Shown here: one piece after another, positions 1-12,913 of the stretch | Layout: each line of letters begins with the position of its first letter | Position numbering within the stretch: position 1 is the stretch's first letter | Assembly: GCF_011386835.1 (NCBI RefSeq) | Contig: NC_088800.1 | Span: 82,708,001-82,772,000 of the forward strand | Length of the DNA: 64,000 nt | Direction: 5' to 3' | From: Chrysemys picta bellii | Taxonomy: Eukaryota | Translations under genes and position numbers: made by a program | Notes under the pieces: model-generated | What the model was told of the DNA's origin: nothing | What the model saw: only the letters and a program-made list of their open reading frames with translations | Database searches by the model: none

Positions 1-152
1 GCACTTGCTTCTAACCCTGACACATCAGACTGGATGGTTTTGACATTTGTTTGTACAGAAGAACTATTTTAGGTAGGTTTTAGAGAAGAGTTAGGAGACA
101 TCTTTCTCTTCCTCTGAGACCCGCACAGTTGGACTCACTGATTCAGGCATTT

Positions 153-380
153 GGGCCAACACTTTCAGAAAGTGGCTTCTGATTTTGGGTGCTTCCATTT
201 TTGAATGCCCAGCTTAAGAAGATTTGGGCCTAATTTTTGGAAGCGTTGAGCACCCATTATTCCAACCTCAGTCAGTCGGAGCGGCAGGTGCTCAATGACT
301 GAAAAAATCAGGCCCAAGGACCATTGAGCATGGAAGAACTATGGCATCCAAAATTAGAGGCCACTTTTGAAAATTTTGGC
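153..380. mobile_element. Degenerate nested hairpin non-autonomous DNA element (PIF/Harbinger 'Chompy'-like relic)
   Basis: Outer ends gggccaacactttcagaaagtggc ... ccacttttgaaaattttggc and inner gggcctaattttt ... aaaaaatcaggccc are imperfect inverted repeats. Confidence 0.4.
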
Positions 381-564
381 ATTGCCTTTAAGGGATAGAT
401 AAATATATAAAGGGACTAATTTTTGTAACTCTCCTATAGATCTTCAAGTCATTAGAAATATTATATGATAACTCTTTTTGGGGGTATTTTTGTTCATGGT
501 AAAAAAATGTAATACTGTAATTAGAACGAAACAAGAAAATTCCAAATAAAAATGACATTAAGAT

Positions 565-740
565 AGAGTTAAGGTTGAGAGCACATAATTCAGGGTAAAA
601 TACATTACACGGAAGTTGTAATTATACCCAAACCAAACATTATAAATCCAAGATCTTGAGAGTTAAGGTTAACCTTAAAAAACCCAAATATGTTAAGGTA
701 TGAAAATGTAAACTTAAGGCACCCAAACAACCTTAATTCT
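565..740. mobile_element. Old non-autonomous DNA transposon relic
   Basis: Terminal inverted repeats agagttaaggttg (565) / caaccttaattct (728-740), with an internal repeat of agagttaaggtt. Confidence 0.4.
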
Positions 741-1579
741 GCCCTGCAGAAATGGGAATGGGAAATGGAAAAAAAAAATCGAATGCATTTTTTAAAAGCA
801 GTTTAATTCAACCTGGGGTAACAGCAGTATTATGGACTAATCATAAATGTCTGGTTATTCCATGGCACATTTGTGTAGATGTATCTATTTATTTACATCA
901 GTGGCAGAAATGTTTATGCTATTTTATGCTGTACTTTCAGTATCAGAGATATTGTCTAATTTCAATGCTTGAAACTCCTGCTATCTCTGATGGGAGTTAC
1001 ATCTCCTATCCCCTTAACAGCAGGATCAAGTCTTTTGAGATGAGAATGCAATTAAGAGCCATAAATCTGAAGCTTTTGCCTCATCTTTGTGAACAGGAAG
1101 GGATTTTTTTTTGGTTGTTGTTTCACATTTGTAAGAAGAAAGAAAGACAAGACCTGGTGGGAAGGTTGCCTAGCAACCCAAGCTGGACTCTAAGACTATT
1201 AAATGTAAAAGGTAAGATGCAAAAACTAATTTAAAATAATGTTATCGGTCTCACCTGACAAGGACCAAACAGTTCTGATAACAAAGCTACCATCCTTATC
1301 AGCGAGGGTCTGACTAGCGCAGAGCTCTGTACTGCAAGGGGAATATTGCCCCCGTTTTTATGCCTTTTATGCTTTATTAACCCAAAAGGCTACTTGGGTT
1401 TGATACTTTTCTGAGCTGCATTCAATTGCAGTGTCTGAATTGGACTCAGATGTGGAGGAATCATGAATTTCCCAAATCTGCACCCAGGTGACACTGGGTC
1501 ATTTGTCACCCAGAAAACTAGACCATTTATTTAGTAAGTAGCTATGTCCTTGTCCTTCTGTTGCCCCTTCCTCTGATGA

Positions 1580-1877
1580 GGGCAGGTCTTCACTACCCAC
1601 CAGATTGGCAGGTAATGATCAATCTATCGGGGATTGATTTATCGTGTCTAGTGTAGACACGATAAATTGATCCCCAATCGCTCTGCCATCGACTCCAGAA
1701 CTCCACCACTGCCGAGAGGCGGAAGCAGAGTTGACGGGGTAACGGCAGCAGTCAATCCCGCACCGTGAGGACACGAGGTAAGTCGATCTAAGATACGTCG
1801 ACTTCAGCTACGCTATTCTCATAGCTGAAGTTGTGTATCTTAGATCGATCCCCCACACCCCCAGTGTAGACCAGGGC
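1580..1877 (+). mobile_element. PIF/Harbinger MITE (~300 bp family)
   Basis: Imperfect TIRs gggcaggtcttcact / agtgtagaccagggc, 3-bp TSD TGA (1577-1579, 1878-1880), internal hairpins. Same family as 34830 and 48773. Confidence 0.85.
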
Positions 1878-1975
1878 TGAGAGCATGTTACACACATTCA
1901 TTAAGACTTTCTTGTGAGGAAGGTAAATATAATGCTGCTCCCTATAAGCTTGCACCTGCTCCGACAGAAGTCATG

Positions 1976-2046
1976 GGGTGAAATTCTGATTCCACTGAAG
2001 TCAGCAGGAGTTTGCCATTGACTTTATAGGGGCCAGGATTTCACCC
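1976..2046. mobile_element. ~70-bp hairpin MITE (Chompy-like)
   Basis: gggtgaaattctg ... caggatttcaccc termini around a gaagtca/tgactt core. Confidence 0.65.
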
Positions 2047-3505
2047 ATGGATATCAATGCCCAACACCTTTGAAAACTGAGCCACAAGCAACCTTCTTAC
2101 CCCTCTTTCAAACCTCTCCTTAAAACTCACTTCTTTTGTTTAGCCTTGCATCAAAGATCTCCTCTCCAGAGATACCCATTCCCACAAGCTTTAAGCCTCC
2201 CAAGCAGACCAATGGGAGAATTGAGAATCAGACCCCATGAGTCTTGACCCTCAGTCTCCTGCTCTGACCCCACACGTCCTCGGTTTTTCTGAGTTGCAAA
2301 ATGGTCATTTCTAACCTGCATAAATTGCCCTTTTGAGGTTCTTTCTACAATGGCGTGGAAAATGTTTCCCCCTCCCCACTGTGAAAAATTTCCACTTTTC
2401 ATCAGAAAACTGAAGAGTTTTGTTTGTTTGTTTTTGGTTTCCCAACAAAAATTCGAAATTACCACAGAAAGCAGAGGCTTCTTTGCAAAAAACTTCATTT
2501 AGTTGAAAACCCAATTTTCCATCAGAAAGAGCTTGGATGGAAAATTTTCAGCCAGCCCTAGCTCTTTGTGGAAACCAGAGAAAATTAATAAATAATACCA
2601 ACCCACAACATTTCCCCCCATTTTCACAAAAGCTGGCCCAGTGCAGAATGTTTCTTTTCCCGACCACATTGCCACAGTTAAGACACCGTCTTTCTAAGAG
2701 GAAAGAGTTTGATCACGTTCTGCTTTGATATGACGCTGGACGCCTTGATCACCGTTTCACAGGGAATCCCATCTCACATGTGCTCCCTTTGTCTCTCTCT
2801 TTATTTCCCTTCCAGACCTACTGTTCTGCTTTATAGCAAATCCTAGAACGGTGATCCTGTGCTAGCTGTCTCTCGCTCTCTTTTTTTCAAACACTTTGTT
2901 ACTTAAAAGTCATTTTGACCCTTAAGGTTTCTTTTATAGTTTTGTATTTTGTTCGGCTGTGGGTTTCCCTTTCATCTTCTGTTGCCTTTCATTCGGAAGG
3001 TTGCCCCTTTCTAACCAGACCAAATGGAATAAAAATCACATCTACCTGCAAACAGAAGTATCTGGCAGCCTTTCCCATCACCTGCTGTTACCAGAGACAA
3101 CTCACTTCTGGGATGGCTAGTTACAGAACAGGATGATAGAGATAAAAAGATCCTCTTTCACAACAACGTGCGTTCCATTCCATTCCTTACACACAAAGAG
3201 AGTAGTTGAAAGCTCTGCTGCAGTTTCCCAGCATGCTGATTGTGTCAAAGGCCCAAGGATCAATAAATAAATTGAACCAATTGTTAGGATGCTAAAGACT
3301 GATTATGCCTGTTGAGTATGCTCCCACGAGGGGGGAGTTTGGAATCACACTGGCCCACAGAACCTCACATAGGTGCCTGGAGAAGAAATGTGCTCATTAT
3401 AGCACCGTTCCTCTCCACTCCCTTTGGACGGCAGTGTCAGCAGTGAGCAATCCCCCTATTCAGGAAAGTATTGAGGGTAGAGAATCTGGTAACAAAATTA
3501 CAAGC

Positions 3506-4017
3506 TGTCACGGAGCGTGGGGGAGACCAGGCCCTGCACCCCCGACTTCCTGTGATTCACCGTGACTCTCAGCCAGCCAGTTGAACAGAAGGTTTATTTA
3601 GACGACAGGAACACAGTCCAAAATAGGTCTTGCCGGTACCGACAACAGCCCCCTCCTCCTTTAGTTAGGTCCATCTGGGGGCCCCAGGGAGGCCACAACC
3701 CCATCGGGAAGCCCAAGCCCCATCGGGTCACCACTCTCCATCTTCCAGCCAGTTCCAAATCTGAACACTCCCTTCAGCCCCCTCCTTTCTGGCCTTTTCC
3801 TGGCTCCTCTCCCAGCCTTTGTGTCCTTTGTCCAGTTTCCTGGGCAGAGGTGTCACCTGGCCTCCAACCCCCTTCCTGGGTTCTCAGGTTACATGCTCAG
3901 GTATGCTCCCTTCCCCAATGCAGGCAGCCCCAGCAAAACTCCCCTGCAACCTTCCCAGGTCAATACTCCCCACTCAGAATTCAAATAACACATCAAGAAC
4001 ATTCCCACTTCATCACA
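3506..4017 (-). mobile_element. Solo LTR (512 bp, Gypsy/ERV-type)
   Basis: TG...CA termini (tgtca...tcaca), perfect 5-bp TSD CAAGC (3501-3505, 4018-4022), AATAAA on the minus strand near 3595. Confidence 0.85.
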
Positions 4018-4069
4018 CAAGCATTTGTCATCCCTTACTAGTCATGTTCATACTGTATGTGGCTGGACA

Positions 4070-4213
4070 GAAGCTGATTGCCAGAAGCTCGGACTGGATG
4101 ACCGGGGATGGATCATTCAAGAAATTGCCCTGTTCTGTTCATTATCTCTGAAGCATCTGGCATGGGACACTGTTGGAAGACAGGATACTGGGCTAGATTC
4201 TTATGTTCTTATG
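4070..4213 (+). mobile_element. LINE (CR1/L2-clade) 3' UTR fragment with (TTCTTATG)n tail
   Basis: ctgaagcatctggcatgggacactgttggaagacaggatactgggctaga followed by ttcttatgttcttatg. A related inverted copy lies at 45512. Confidence 0.65.
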
Positions 4214-4524
4214 AAACTATGCTTAGAGGTAACTTTCCTATCCTAGCAAACCATACATAACCAAATCATCTATGCTCCACTCTAGCTGTCTTGCTGGCCT
4301 TCCCTTTCATTGCTTATTTACCCAAGGCATCTTTATCTTAACAGAAGCTGCGCTCTCTTCTCTTTTTTGGTGACTGGCTCAATCTTCTCGCTGGATTCTT
4401 TAACTGACGATAAAGGACAGTACTTGTGATGTTTGGGATTGTTTCCATTCTGGTGGCACCCAACTCTGGGCTCGTGACATACTATGTGGTAACTACATGG
4501 ATCGGGTGCACAGAAGAGGAATAG

Positions 4525-4794
4525 TATCAGAGGGGGCAGCCGTGTTAGTCTGTATCCACAAAAACAACGAGGAGTCCAGTGGCACCTTAAAGACTAACAG
4601 ATTTATTTTTGAATAAGCTTTTGTGGGTAAAAAAACCTCAATTCTTCAGATGCATGGAGTGAATATTACAGAAACAGGCATAAATATATAATATAATATA
4701 ATATAATATAATATAATATAATATAATATAATATAATATAATATATATTTATGCTTGTTTCTGTGATTTTCACTCAATGCATCTGAAGAAGAGG
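4525..4794 (-). mobile_element. Penelope-like element pLTR fragment, fold-back, decayed hammerhead
   Basis: Family 3' end (tatcagagggggcagccgtgttagtc on +). About 4640-4690 and 4742-4794 are inverted arms around (ATATA)n. The minus-strand core is CUGAAGA...AAAA, with GAAA lost by apparent CpG decay. Confidence 0.85.
4685..4748. repeat. (ATATA)n microsatellite
   Basis: About 12 tandem ATATA units at the apex of the PLE palindrome. Confidence 0.95.
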
Positions 4795-4949
4795 AGGAAT
4801 GGCGCATTACAAGGGCCCATGTTGAAGGATTCTCTCAAAGTGCTACTTGGCTATGGAATAGTCTCTCAAGCGACGTGGCGGAAGCCTCATTGCTCGGGAT
4901 GTTTGAAACGAGACAGGATGAAAATGCACTGTAGGGAATGGTGCTGTGT

Positions 4950-5014
4950 TGGCTCATGTCAGTGAGATGGGTTGGATGACTTAGTAGGTCTTTTCCATAT
5001 CTTATTTCTGTGAT
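4950..5014 (+). mobile_element. Old CR1 3' tail fragment
   Basis: gggttggatgacttagtaggtcttttccatatcttatttctgtgat resembles the CR1 terminal hairpin and tail. Confidence 0.45.
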
Positions 5015-5289
5015 GCTTTTAAAATGTGTAACAAAGACTTAAACGGAAGCTCGCAGAACAGCAGAGAAGAATATGAGGCTGGATTAATTTCTTTAGCATA
5101 AATGATGCTTCTTACAACTTCAGTCTCAAGATGTATAGTTTATGTCCGTCTGTCAGCATTTCTTAAGTGCCTATCTCTGCAATAACTATAAAATAATGAT
5201 GATTCTCCAAATGGGGAGTCACTTCTCTGTCCTGCTCCTGGCCTACATGCTGAGGTATGGCTTTGAGTATGTTGCTGAATTTTCTTCTG

Positions 5290-5740
5290 CTTAGTTTCTT
5301 TCGGGAATGTGATGGTGAAGAGATGCCTCTTAATGCTGGATCCTGGATCTCCTTTGGGAGATCATTCCAGAGCATAGCATTCGATCACCAGCTCCCTCAA
5401 GTTGATATCTGGGCTCCATTGGTCCCAGTGAGCAGGATGATTGCAGAGGCCAGGCAGGAGCCAGAAAAGAGTGGGGGGTCTCCGAGATGCCCAGAGGAGA
5501 CAAATTCATGAACTGCTGTGTGTTCATTGAACGAAAGGCATAGATGGGGGTCTTCTTGCCAGCTAGAGGTGGAAAAGGACATTTTGGGGGATTGTATCAG
5601 TGATTTGGAGAACCTGAAAAAGAGAAAGAATTCCAAATTTGCGAGGGATGGAAGAAGGTTTTGGCCTAAAATGAGTGATGTGTCTCAGAATCATGCAGCG
5701 TTGAGAGGTCTGCATAGCAGAGAGCTTCTCTCAACACACA
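5290..5740 (-). mobile_element. Ancient L2/CR1-clade LINE ORF2 C-terminal relic
   Basis: Minus-strand peptides LWNDLPKEI and EFFLFFRFSKSL resemble the LWNSLP and FKLLLL-FKAL motifs at the end of L2 ORF2. Heavily decayed. Confidence 0.45.
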
Positions 5741-5796
5741 CTAGCTGTGTGAAAGGGAATGCGAAATGAAGCTTAAGCAGTTTAATTGTGTTTGGT

Positions 5797-6210
5797 TAGT
5801 ATCTAGTGCTGTGCAAGGATGTCAGATTGAGAGCCCTGGAGTATAAAATCCTCTGTTTATCCACTGAAAAGGTATCATCTCACAGGCGGTGGCAATTCAA
5901 GCTGCCTTCCTAGAAATGTGCACAAAGCTTGACTTGGAAAGCCCGCTCTAAGGGTGAGAGGGGTATTCAGTCTTCCCAGCCCATTTTCTCGTTGTCTTAA
6001 GGATAAGATTGCCAACAAGAGTGTCAATTAGTGCCAGTTGTGTGGGGAGCTTTCTGTGAGGTGGAATTAGAGACCCACCAAGCTCCTTTTCTGTAAGCCA
6101 CCAAACAGCCATCGGATGGTATCAACATCGGCTCAGTAGTGACTAGAAATTATCATCCTAGAGTTGAAAGGTTCCCCGGCCCAGTACCAAAACCTTGGGC
6201 TACAACTAGG
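5797..6210 (-). mobile_element. LF-SINE, near full length
   Basis: Collinear similarity, from memory of the consensus, in the tail (agtgct...cagattgagagccctggag...cctctgtttatccac), body (gccaacaagagtgtcaattagtgccagttgtg, aacagccatcggatggt) and tRNA-like head (cctagagttgaaaggttc). Confidence 0.7.
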
Positions 6211-9200
6211 AGATGAAGGTCTGATCTGGCTAGCTACTGAGCTCCTTCAGCAAGGTGCTAAGAACCAATGAAGCGTGAGTAGTCTGGCAAATTGCAGAAT
6301 AGGACCTTCAATTAGGTTTTCAGTTGAAAACATAAATCAAAGTTCGCTGGCATCTGGCAATGGCCCTTTAATTTGTTTTTCACCGCGTTTATGGAAGAGC
6401 ACAAGACAAACCCGTGCAGAAAGAATGGACATTGAAACCAAAGTTTCCCGCACTGTGGTGGCGTTCCTTTGTTCCACGAAAAATTGAAAACAAACTCCCC
6501 CATAATATCTCAGGGCAGTATATTCTTTTATTCAATTAACACTTTAAGTGCAGTTAAATTATTTGGGACATTTACATTTAATTTGAGTCTAATTGGATTG
6601 TTATGGTATTTTAAAATGCCAATTGATTATTCAAAATAGATCTACTGGTATCGAGTCCTTACAAGCACATAAGGGAGGCATATTTCACTGCAGAGATGCT
6701 AAAGCTTCAATAAATGTTTTTAATAATCTCAAATGGTATTTAACACAGAAGGAGCGAGCTGTCATTTTAAATCTAAAGAGACACATCGACTGGCAAATAA
6801 TTGCTGTGGTTATTGCATATTACACAAATGCCAGCTGACTTGTACATAGTTTGCTCTCCGATATATTTTGAATAATTCATTAGTTTTTAATTGGCATAAA
6901 GTAACTACCCTATTGAATCTATATTGAATCCTTGTTCGAAACTAGTCATGGGCAAGAACGCAGAATGTTAGCACTTCAAGTTGGACCATAGAAGCGGCAG
7001 AAGTTCTGAAACAGGCATTTCCCTATAGACTATCCCGAATGCAGTTGGATTGTACTATGGGAGACAGGGGTGTGCATTGCTTAGCTGGACTGGGCCACTT
7101 AGAGAGGGGATGTGGGAGCACACATTCTGCTCTCTTTGAAAGGAGCAACAGGTGACCCCAGCTGGCATGCCTGCAGCGTATATGCTACCTGGCTGGAAGC
7201 GGCCTTGATTCTCTGGCTGAGGCGTACAAGGGCGAAGTTGAAATCTTGATCTATAGCTGTGCAGGTTCTTTTCCCCTGTTGGTACCGCCATGCAACACAA
7301 GACAGCACTGACCCTTTGAATATTGTTCCCAGCTGCCCCTCAGAGCCGGGATACTGCACTTCATTATTATAGTAACTTTCTAGTCTTGGGTAGTGTACAT
7401 AGTCCTCTGGACCACTCTGCATGTATCCCCTGCATTGCTTCTGGAGGGTGTTTTTTTCAAACATTTTGCATTGCCATTCATTGAATTGCCTGTATTTATT
7501 ACCAATTACACATCACACACAAAGATCCAATCGCAACTGTTTTAAAAAGAAAAGGCACTGCATTTCATCTTTAGGTGGCTTTCCCTGGCTGCCCTCCCTG
7601 TGTGAGGTGTGGGTGTCAACAACAGGTGCCAGATGACATCAGTATATCCCAAAGTTAATGATATCTTTGCAAAACAACAACACCAACAAACCCTCAACAT
7701 GGGTAAGAAAGCAAGTTGTTTTCTTTATAAATAAAACTTAAAATATATAAATGCTGAGATCATAGCTAAATGCTGCCGGATATCGTGTCTGGCCAACTGA
7801 ATTTTAAAGCTTGGCATTTATGTTTCTGAAAGCCTTCCATACAATCTGCCATTTAGTCAGTTTTCCTGTTATGCAGCATGGATGTGAAATTTCTATCTAT
7901 AACGAGATTTCTGATTGACAAGTATGGTTTTTATATATGGATCTGAATTTGTATTTATCTATAACAGGATTTCAACATGGAGGGGGGGGTTGTTTTTGTT
8001 TTTTTGATTGACAATCTCTTTCTCCAAGAATTTTAGCCATTCCTAAACTGCATTACACAGTCTGTGAAAATGAAGCACTTAAAAGATGTCAAGCGCTGGC
8101 ACGGTTTTCCTAGAATCTTCAGATATTTTTTATTTTTAAATGGGGAAATTATAGGGAACACAAATTCATGTGCATGAGATATGAACAAACAGCATGACTA
8201 GTATTTAACAAGAGGTGAACCCTAAACAAAGTCTTGAATTCAAATACCCCAGCTCTAGGAAATCAAATTCTGCAAATAGTCTCTGTAATGGCCCAGAACC
8301 TAGGCTCAGCTCCTGGCCCCACTGAAATGAAGGGCAAAACTCCGAGTGACTTCAAATAAGGCCAGGATTTCACCCCCAGGATCTCAGTTGGCCGGAGTTC
8401 CAGGCTGTTTGAATATGGATTCCAAACCTTGCTCCTTAAACTCATCTCTGGACTTAACTTCTTTATTTTCTCTCTCTCTGTCTCTTTGTCCCTCCTCATT
8501 CAATTATCACATGGATGTAGATGCTAACTTAGGTGACAAGGACATTGCTATTGCTTCATCTAGAAAAATTCTGGATTTCCTACGTAATAAGCCCTTCTGT
8601 AGCAGTGGCTGCTACCACCGTAGCTAATATAAAGAGTCGCTGGAGCAGTAGTACGCAGACAATGCAGAAATTCAGGTAGCACTGCTAATTCGGCTGCATA
8701 AAAGGCCTGAAGCAGCAACCTGGAATTTACTTAAACTCAGAGATGTAGGGAGATAAAACAATCAGAGACGAGACTTTGGGAAGCTGTAACCCACCTGTAT
8801 CTTTCTTTGTTAAATGCAGTGAAACCCGCTTTAAGCAACCACTCAAGGGAGAGACCAATCTAGGTGATCTTCTAAATAGAAGTAATGCAGAATTGCACAT
8901 TTGGGAGTATTTTGAGTTGATCTCTTAGGTAAGAGATTGCCAAAGTAGGATGGAATTTTGTACCGGTTTCACGGTAAATATTTTATTTTACGCATCATAA
9001 AATCACTTGCTCTGAGCCATCTTCACACAGAGTAATCCCAGTCACTTTGCATGAGACATAGTCATGAGTTTCTTGTGTTTATCAGAGCTATTTGAACATC
9101 TTGGATCTGCAAAACAATGATGGGAGTCTTGTGCGCCAAGATTTCTAACCCCGCCCCCACCACACAGGATTTCTGGGACTTTCTGCTTCTGGGTAAGCTG

Positions 9201-9256
9201 TAAAAATGGCATACATCTTTCTTGCAAAGAACTACTTAGATTAAACTGTTTGGCGG

Positions 9257-9329
9257 GGGCAGATCCTGAGGTGGCATGAACCAACTTCAATGGAGCTACA
9301 CTGATTTAGACCAGCTGCGGATACAGCCC
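9257..9329. mobile_element. Hairpin MITE (Chompy-like)
   Basis: gggcagatcct ... ggatacagccc termini with a ttcaatggagctacactgattt core. Confidence 0.55.
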
Positions 9330-9847
9330 TAGAACCTCTGTCCAAAAGCTGAACCAAAGCTGAATTGAACCTTTATGGAATACACACACACAGACACACA
9401 GAGCTTAAATCACTTTCTATCCCCAATATTTTCCACTTTCACTCTTCTCCTCACGTCCATGGTGCAGCCTGGACTAGGAACAGAAGTGCCACAATACCAC
9501 CGAAAAGGCTCTTCTTCTGACATCTCTTGGTTTCTGCTTGATTGGAAGAATCCAAGGGAGAGTCTGTTCCTGGGAGAGTGCCAGCCCAATTTCATGAACT
9601 CAAGAAGTTTTGCGTCTCAAATAAAGTTACAAGAAGCATCTCAACTTTTGAGAGCTCCTCCAAAGAAAAACAACTCCATGCGCTACAGAGGAACCCAAGC
9701 CAAAAGGATCATGATGAATGGGAACTTCTCCATTGTTTGGGGTAGGGCTTAGTGTTCCACTTCTAGACCTCCTGATTTTAAAAATATACTAGAATATTTC
9801 ATTGTAATAATCCAACCCACTGCATCCTGTAATAGTGCCACTGCACT

Positions 9848-10625
9848 GACAAGTGCAGAGTCCTGCACTTAGGACGGAAGAATCCCATGCACTACTATAG
9901 GCTGGGGACTGACTGGCTAAGCGGCAGTTCTGCAGAACTGGACCTGGGGATTACAGTGGACGAGAAGCTGGATATGAGTCAGCAGCGTGTCCTTGTTGCC
10001 AAGAAGGCTAACGGCCTTCATTGGGCTGCATTAGTAGGAGCATTGCCAGCAGATCTAAGGAAGTGATTATTCCCCTCTATTCGGCACTGGTGAGGCCACA
10101 CCTGGAGTATTGTGTCGAGTTTTGGCCCCCCCACTACAGAAGGGATGTGGACACATTGGCAAGAGTCCAGTGGAGGGCAACAAAAATGATCAGGGGGCTA
10201 GGGCACATGACTTACGAAGAGAGGCTGAGGGAACTGGGGTTATTTAGTCTGCAGAAGAGAAGAGTGAGGGGGGATTTGATAGCAGCCTTCAACTACCTAA
10301 AGGGGGGTTCCAAAGAGGATGGAGCTCGGCTGTTCTCGGTGGTACCAGACGACAGAACAAGGAGCAATGGTCTCAAGTTGCAGCGGGGGAAATCTAGGTT
10401 GGATATTAGGAAACATTATTTCACTAGGAGGGTGGTGAAGCACTGGAATGGGTTCTCTAGGGTGGTGGTGGAATCTCCATCCTTGGAGGTTTTTAAGGCC
10501 TGGCTTGACAAAGCCCTGTCTGGGATGATTTAGTTGGGGTTGGTCCTGCTTTGAGCAGCGGGTTGGACTAGATGACCTCCTGAGGTCTCTTCCAACCCTA
10601 ATCTTCTATGATTCTATGATCCTAT
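9848..10625 (+). mobile_element. CR1 LINE, 5'-truncated
   Basis: Encodes the ORF2 C-terminus and ends in the CR1 3' hairpin plus (ATTCTATG)n tail ttctatgattctatgatcctat. Confidence 0.95.
10021..10533 (+). pseudogene. CR1 ORF2 C-terminal remnant (post-RT region)
   Basis: [30 protein letters not shown]...[17 protein letters not shown]...HWNG...[10 protein letters not shown] is the standard CR1 ORF2 tail. Start codon is non-physiological. Confidence 0.9.
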
Positions 10626-11966
10626 TATGGAAATTACTGCAAGAGTTTTCATGAAAGCTGAGGCACTAAATTCTCTAAAAAATGTGGATTGGATCCCATG
10701 TTCCCATCAGCCCCTTCTGAGGGTCACTCAGCAGTACAAATAGGCTGTGACCCTCCATGCAGTCATCCATTCTACAAGACATATCATTGCAACCATAAAT
10801 AGGGGAAATATAGGAAGCTGGTGGATAGAACCCCCCATCCCAGGATCTAAGGATCCCTGCCTCAATCCTAAAAACTTAAGCATGTGCCTAATTTTACTTA
10901 GGTGAAGAGTCCCATTGATTTCGAGGGGAGAAAGCATGTGAGTCACGTTACGCATGTACTTACTTCAATACAGTAGTTCTCGGATTGTCCTATCTCCCTA
11001 GAGTTCTGAGTTTAAATAAAATGCAGGTTGCTACTTCAAGCCTTTTAGCACCACAATTATTGGCAAGATTGGAGCCTCAAGATCATCTGTTTAGATGCTT
11101 TCTTTCACAATTATTTGCTTTTGCACTGGCCCTATACATTTCAAGATACCTCATCCTTCCAGATGTTGGCTGATAGGGAGAAATTAAAAATGGAAGAAAG
11201 CAACACATCCATGTTTCCATTATAAGACCCTGGCTGGGTTCATTGTTATCTGTACTATTGAATGTATTGAATTGGGACACAAATGTATTCCGGTCAGTAT
11301 TTACCATTGGGCCCAGTGTTGGTTAACCCTTTGAAGGCAGTGGGCATGTACGTATGAAAGTTCTTAGGCCATGCAGTTGGCTGGCAGGCTGGAAAATACC
11401 AGCGTCCTAACGGTTAACAACATGTAGTGCCAGAAAGTCAGTGATGTAAGGTAATTTGGTCAAGGCAATTCTCCTGACAAGCAGCTACACTAGTTGAAGA
11501 AGTAAATGGGACTGTTAATCACAATCATATTTTGAAGAATTTAAAACAAATGCTTAAGGGACTCAAGCTTCGCACAGCAAAAGATAAAGCAGCCATAAAA
11601 GAAGGCATGATTCAGCGAGGAGAGCTTATGGAGCCAGAAGCCCCAGCCACTTCCCACACTCCAACAAAGTTACAATGGAAGGCGCTTTTCCAGGCTACAC
11701 AGTCATACTACAAGAGATAATGACGGGCAATTTAATTTTATGTTACACGCATCAAGGCATCAATCAAGCAGTTGTAAATTAGTCTAAATGCTATTCATTT
11801 TGTCTGTAAGTCAACAGCATACTGTATATCTTAAGTTATGCTTTCAATGCTTGCATAACATTAAATTCAAAACCACTGGCAGCTGCTCTCTATCATTATC
11901 ACACTGTGCTATAGATGGCTGTTTCTGGGTTTCTTTTTACTGAAATATTAAAAAATAAGCCACCCC

Positions 11967-12046
11967 GGGCAAGATCCTCAGCTGGTGTAAAATTGATGTA
12001 GCTCCCCTGAAGCTACACCAGTTTCCACCAGCTGTGGCTTTGGCCC
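11967..12046. mobile_element. Hairpin MITE (Chompy-like)
   Basis: gggcaagatcctcagctggtgtaaa ... tttccaccagctgtggctttggccc. Confidence 0.65.
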
Positions 12047-12825
12047 TATAGTTTTAAAGGGCTAAAGGTTTGTGGCATATATTGCTGGGTATGTGCAGTT
12101 TTCATGGCAGTTCACACGAGGGAGCCACTTGATATTACTTCCGTCTCATTATTATGCTAGCTGCCAACTACGGATCTGATCCGACACGCATTCTCTGCAC
12201 ATGGAACTTCCTTTAGAAGTCACTGGGAATTCTGTGCGTGAAGTACCTACAGGATCTGGGCCCCTTAATTTCTACTAGGAAATCCATTCTTAATTCTAGG
12301 TTATCAAGGGACAGCTAGGTTTATGTCCCAGCCACTCAGTTTCTTTTGCCGATTTGAATATGTGGACGACCTTCTCACCACCACACAAATGGTAGTGTGG
12401 GGTTGGCTGGTGTTTGCATCCTCTATTGACCTGCACTCTTGGTTATTTATAGGTTCAATAAACTTGCAAGTTAACCCTCTGGCCTCCCTTGCCGCACATA
12501 GCAGCCTGATTAAGTGTGGCTGGTGGAAGATAACCGAGTATGGAATAAGATGCTTCTCTTTGCTGGTACCCCCATTCACAGCAGCTCAAGTGTAAGCCCT
12601 TTTTCTTTTCCCTACGCGGCTGTTCCAGAACAAACGACCCAGCATTCAAACTCCTTTGTAGTCTCTCCGTTTGCAATCTGGAGAGTGGGAGGGGGGTTCT
12701 GCAGAGAGCAAGCTAATCTCCATTAACCAAAAACAATAAAGGAAACATAAATGGCACAATTACCTCGACAGGAAATTAACGACTTTGAATATGTGGCTTG
12801 AGGAGGTGAGTTACTTAAAAATACA

Positions 12826-12913
12826 GGGTCAGGCCCTCAGCGGATGTAACTCCTCACAGCCCCACTTTCTTCACTGAAGCCGCACTGATTGATACCAGCT
12901 GAAGAGCTCGCCC
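12826..12913. mobile_element. Hairpin MITE (Chompy-like), decayed
   Basis: gggtcaggccctcagc ... ccagctgaagagctcgccc. Confidence 0.5.

Noticed and set aside
752-1234. 160-aa ORF
   Set aside because: AT-rich random-looking composition, no motif and no splice support.
7099-7464. 121-aa minus-strand ORF that reads protein-like
   Set aside because: No good acceptor with a polypyrimidine tract, no recognised motif, and two alternative frames are equally open.
10621-10630. CArG box CCTATTATGG
   Set aside because: Created at the CR1 tail junction, and several such 10-mers are expected by chance in this window.
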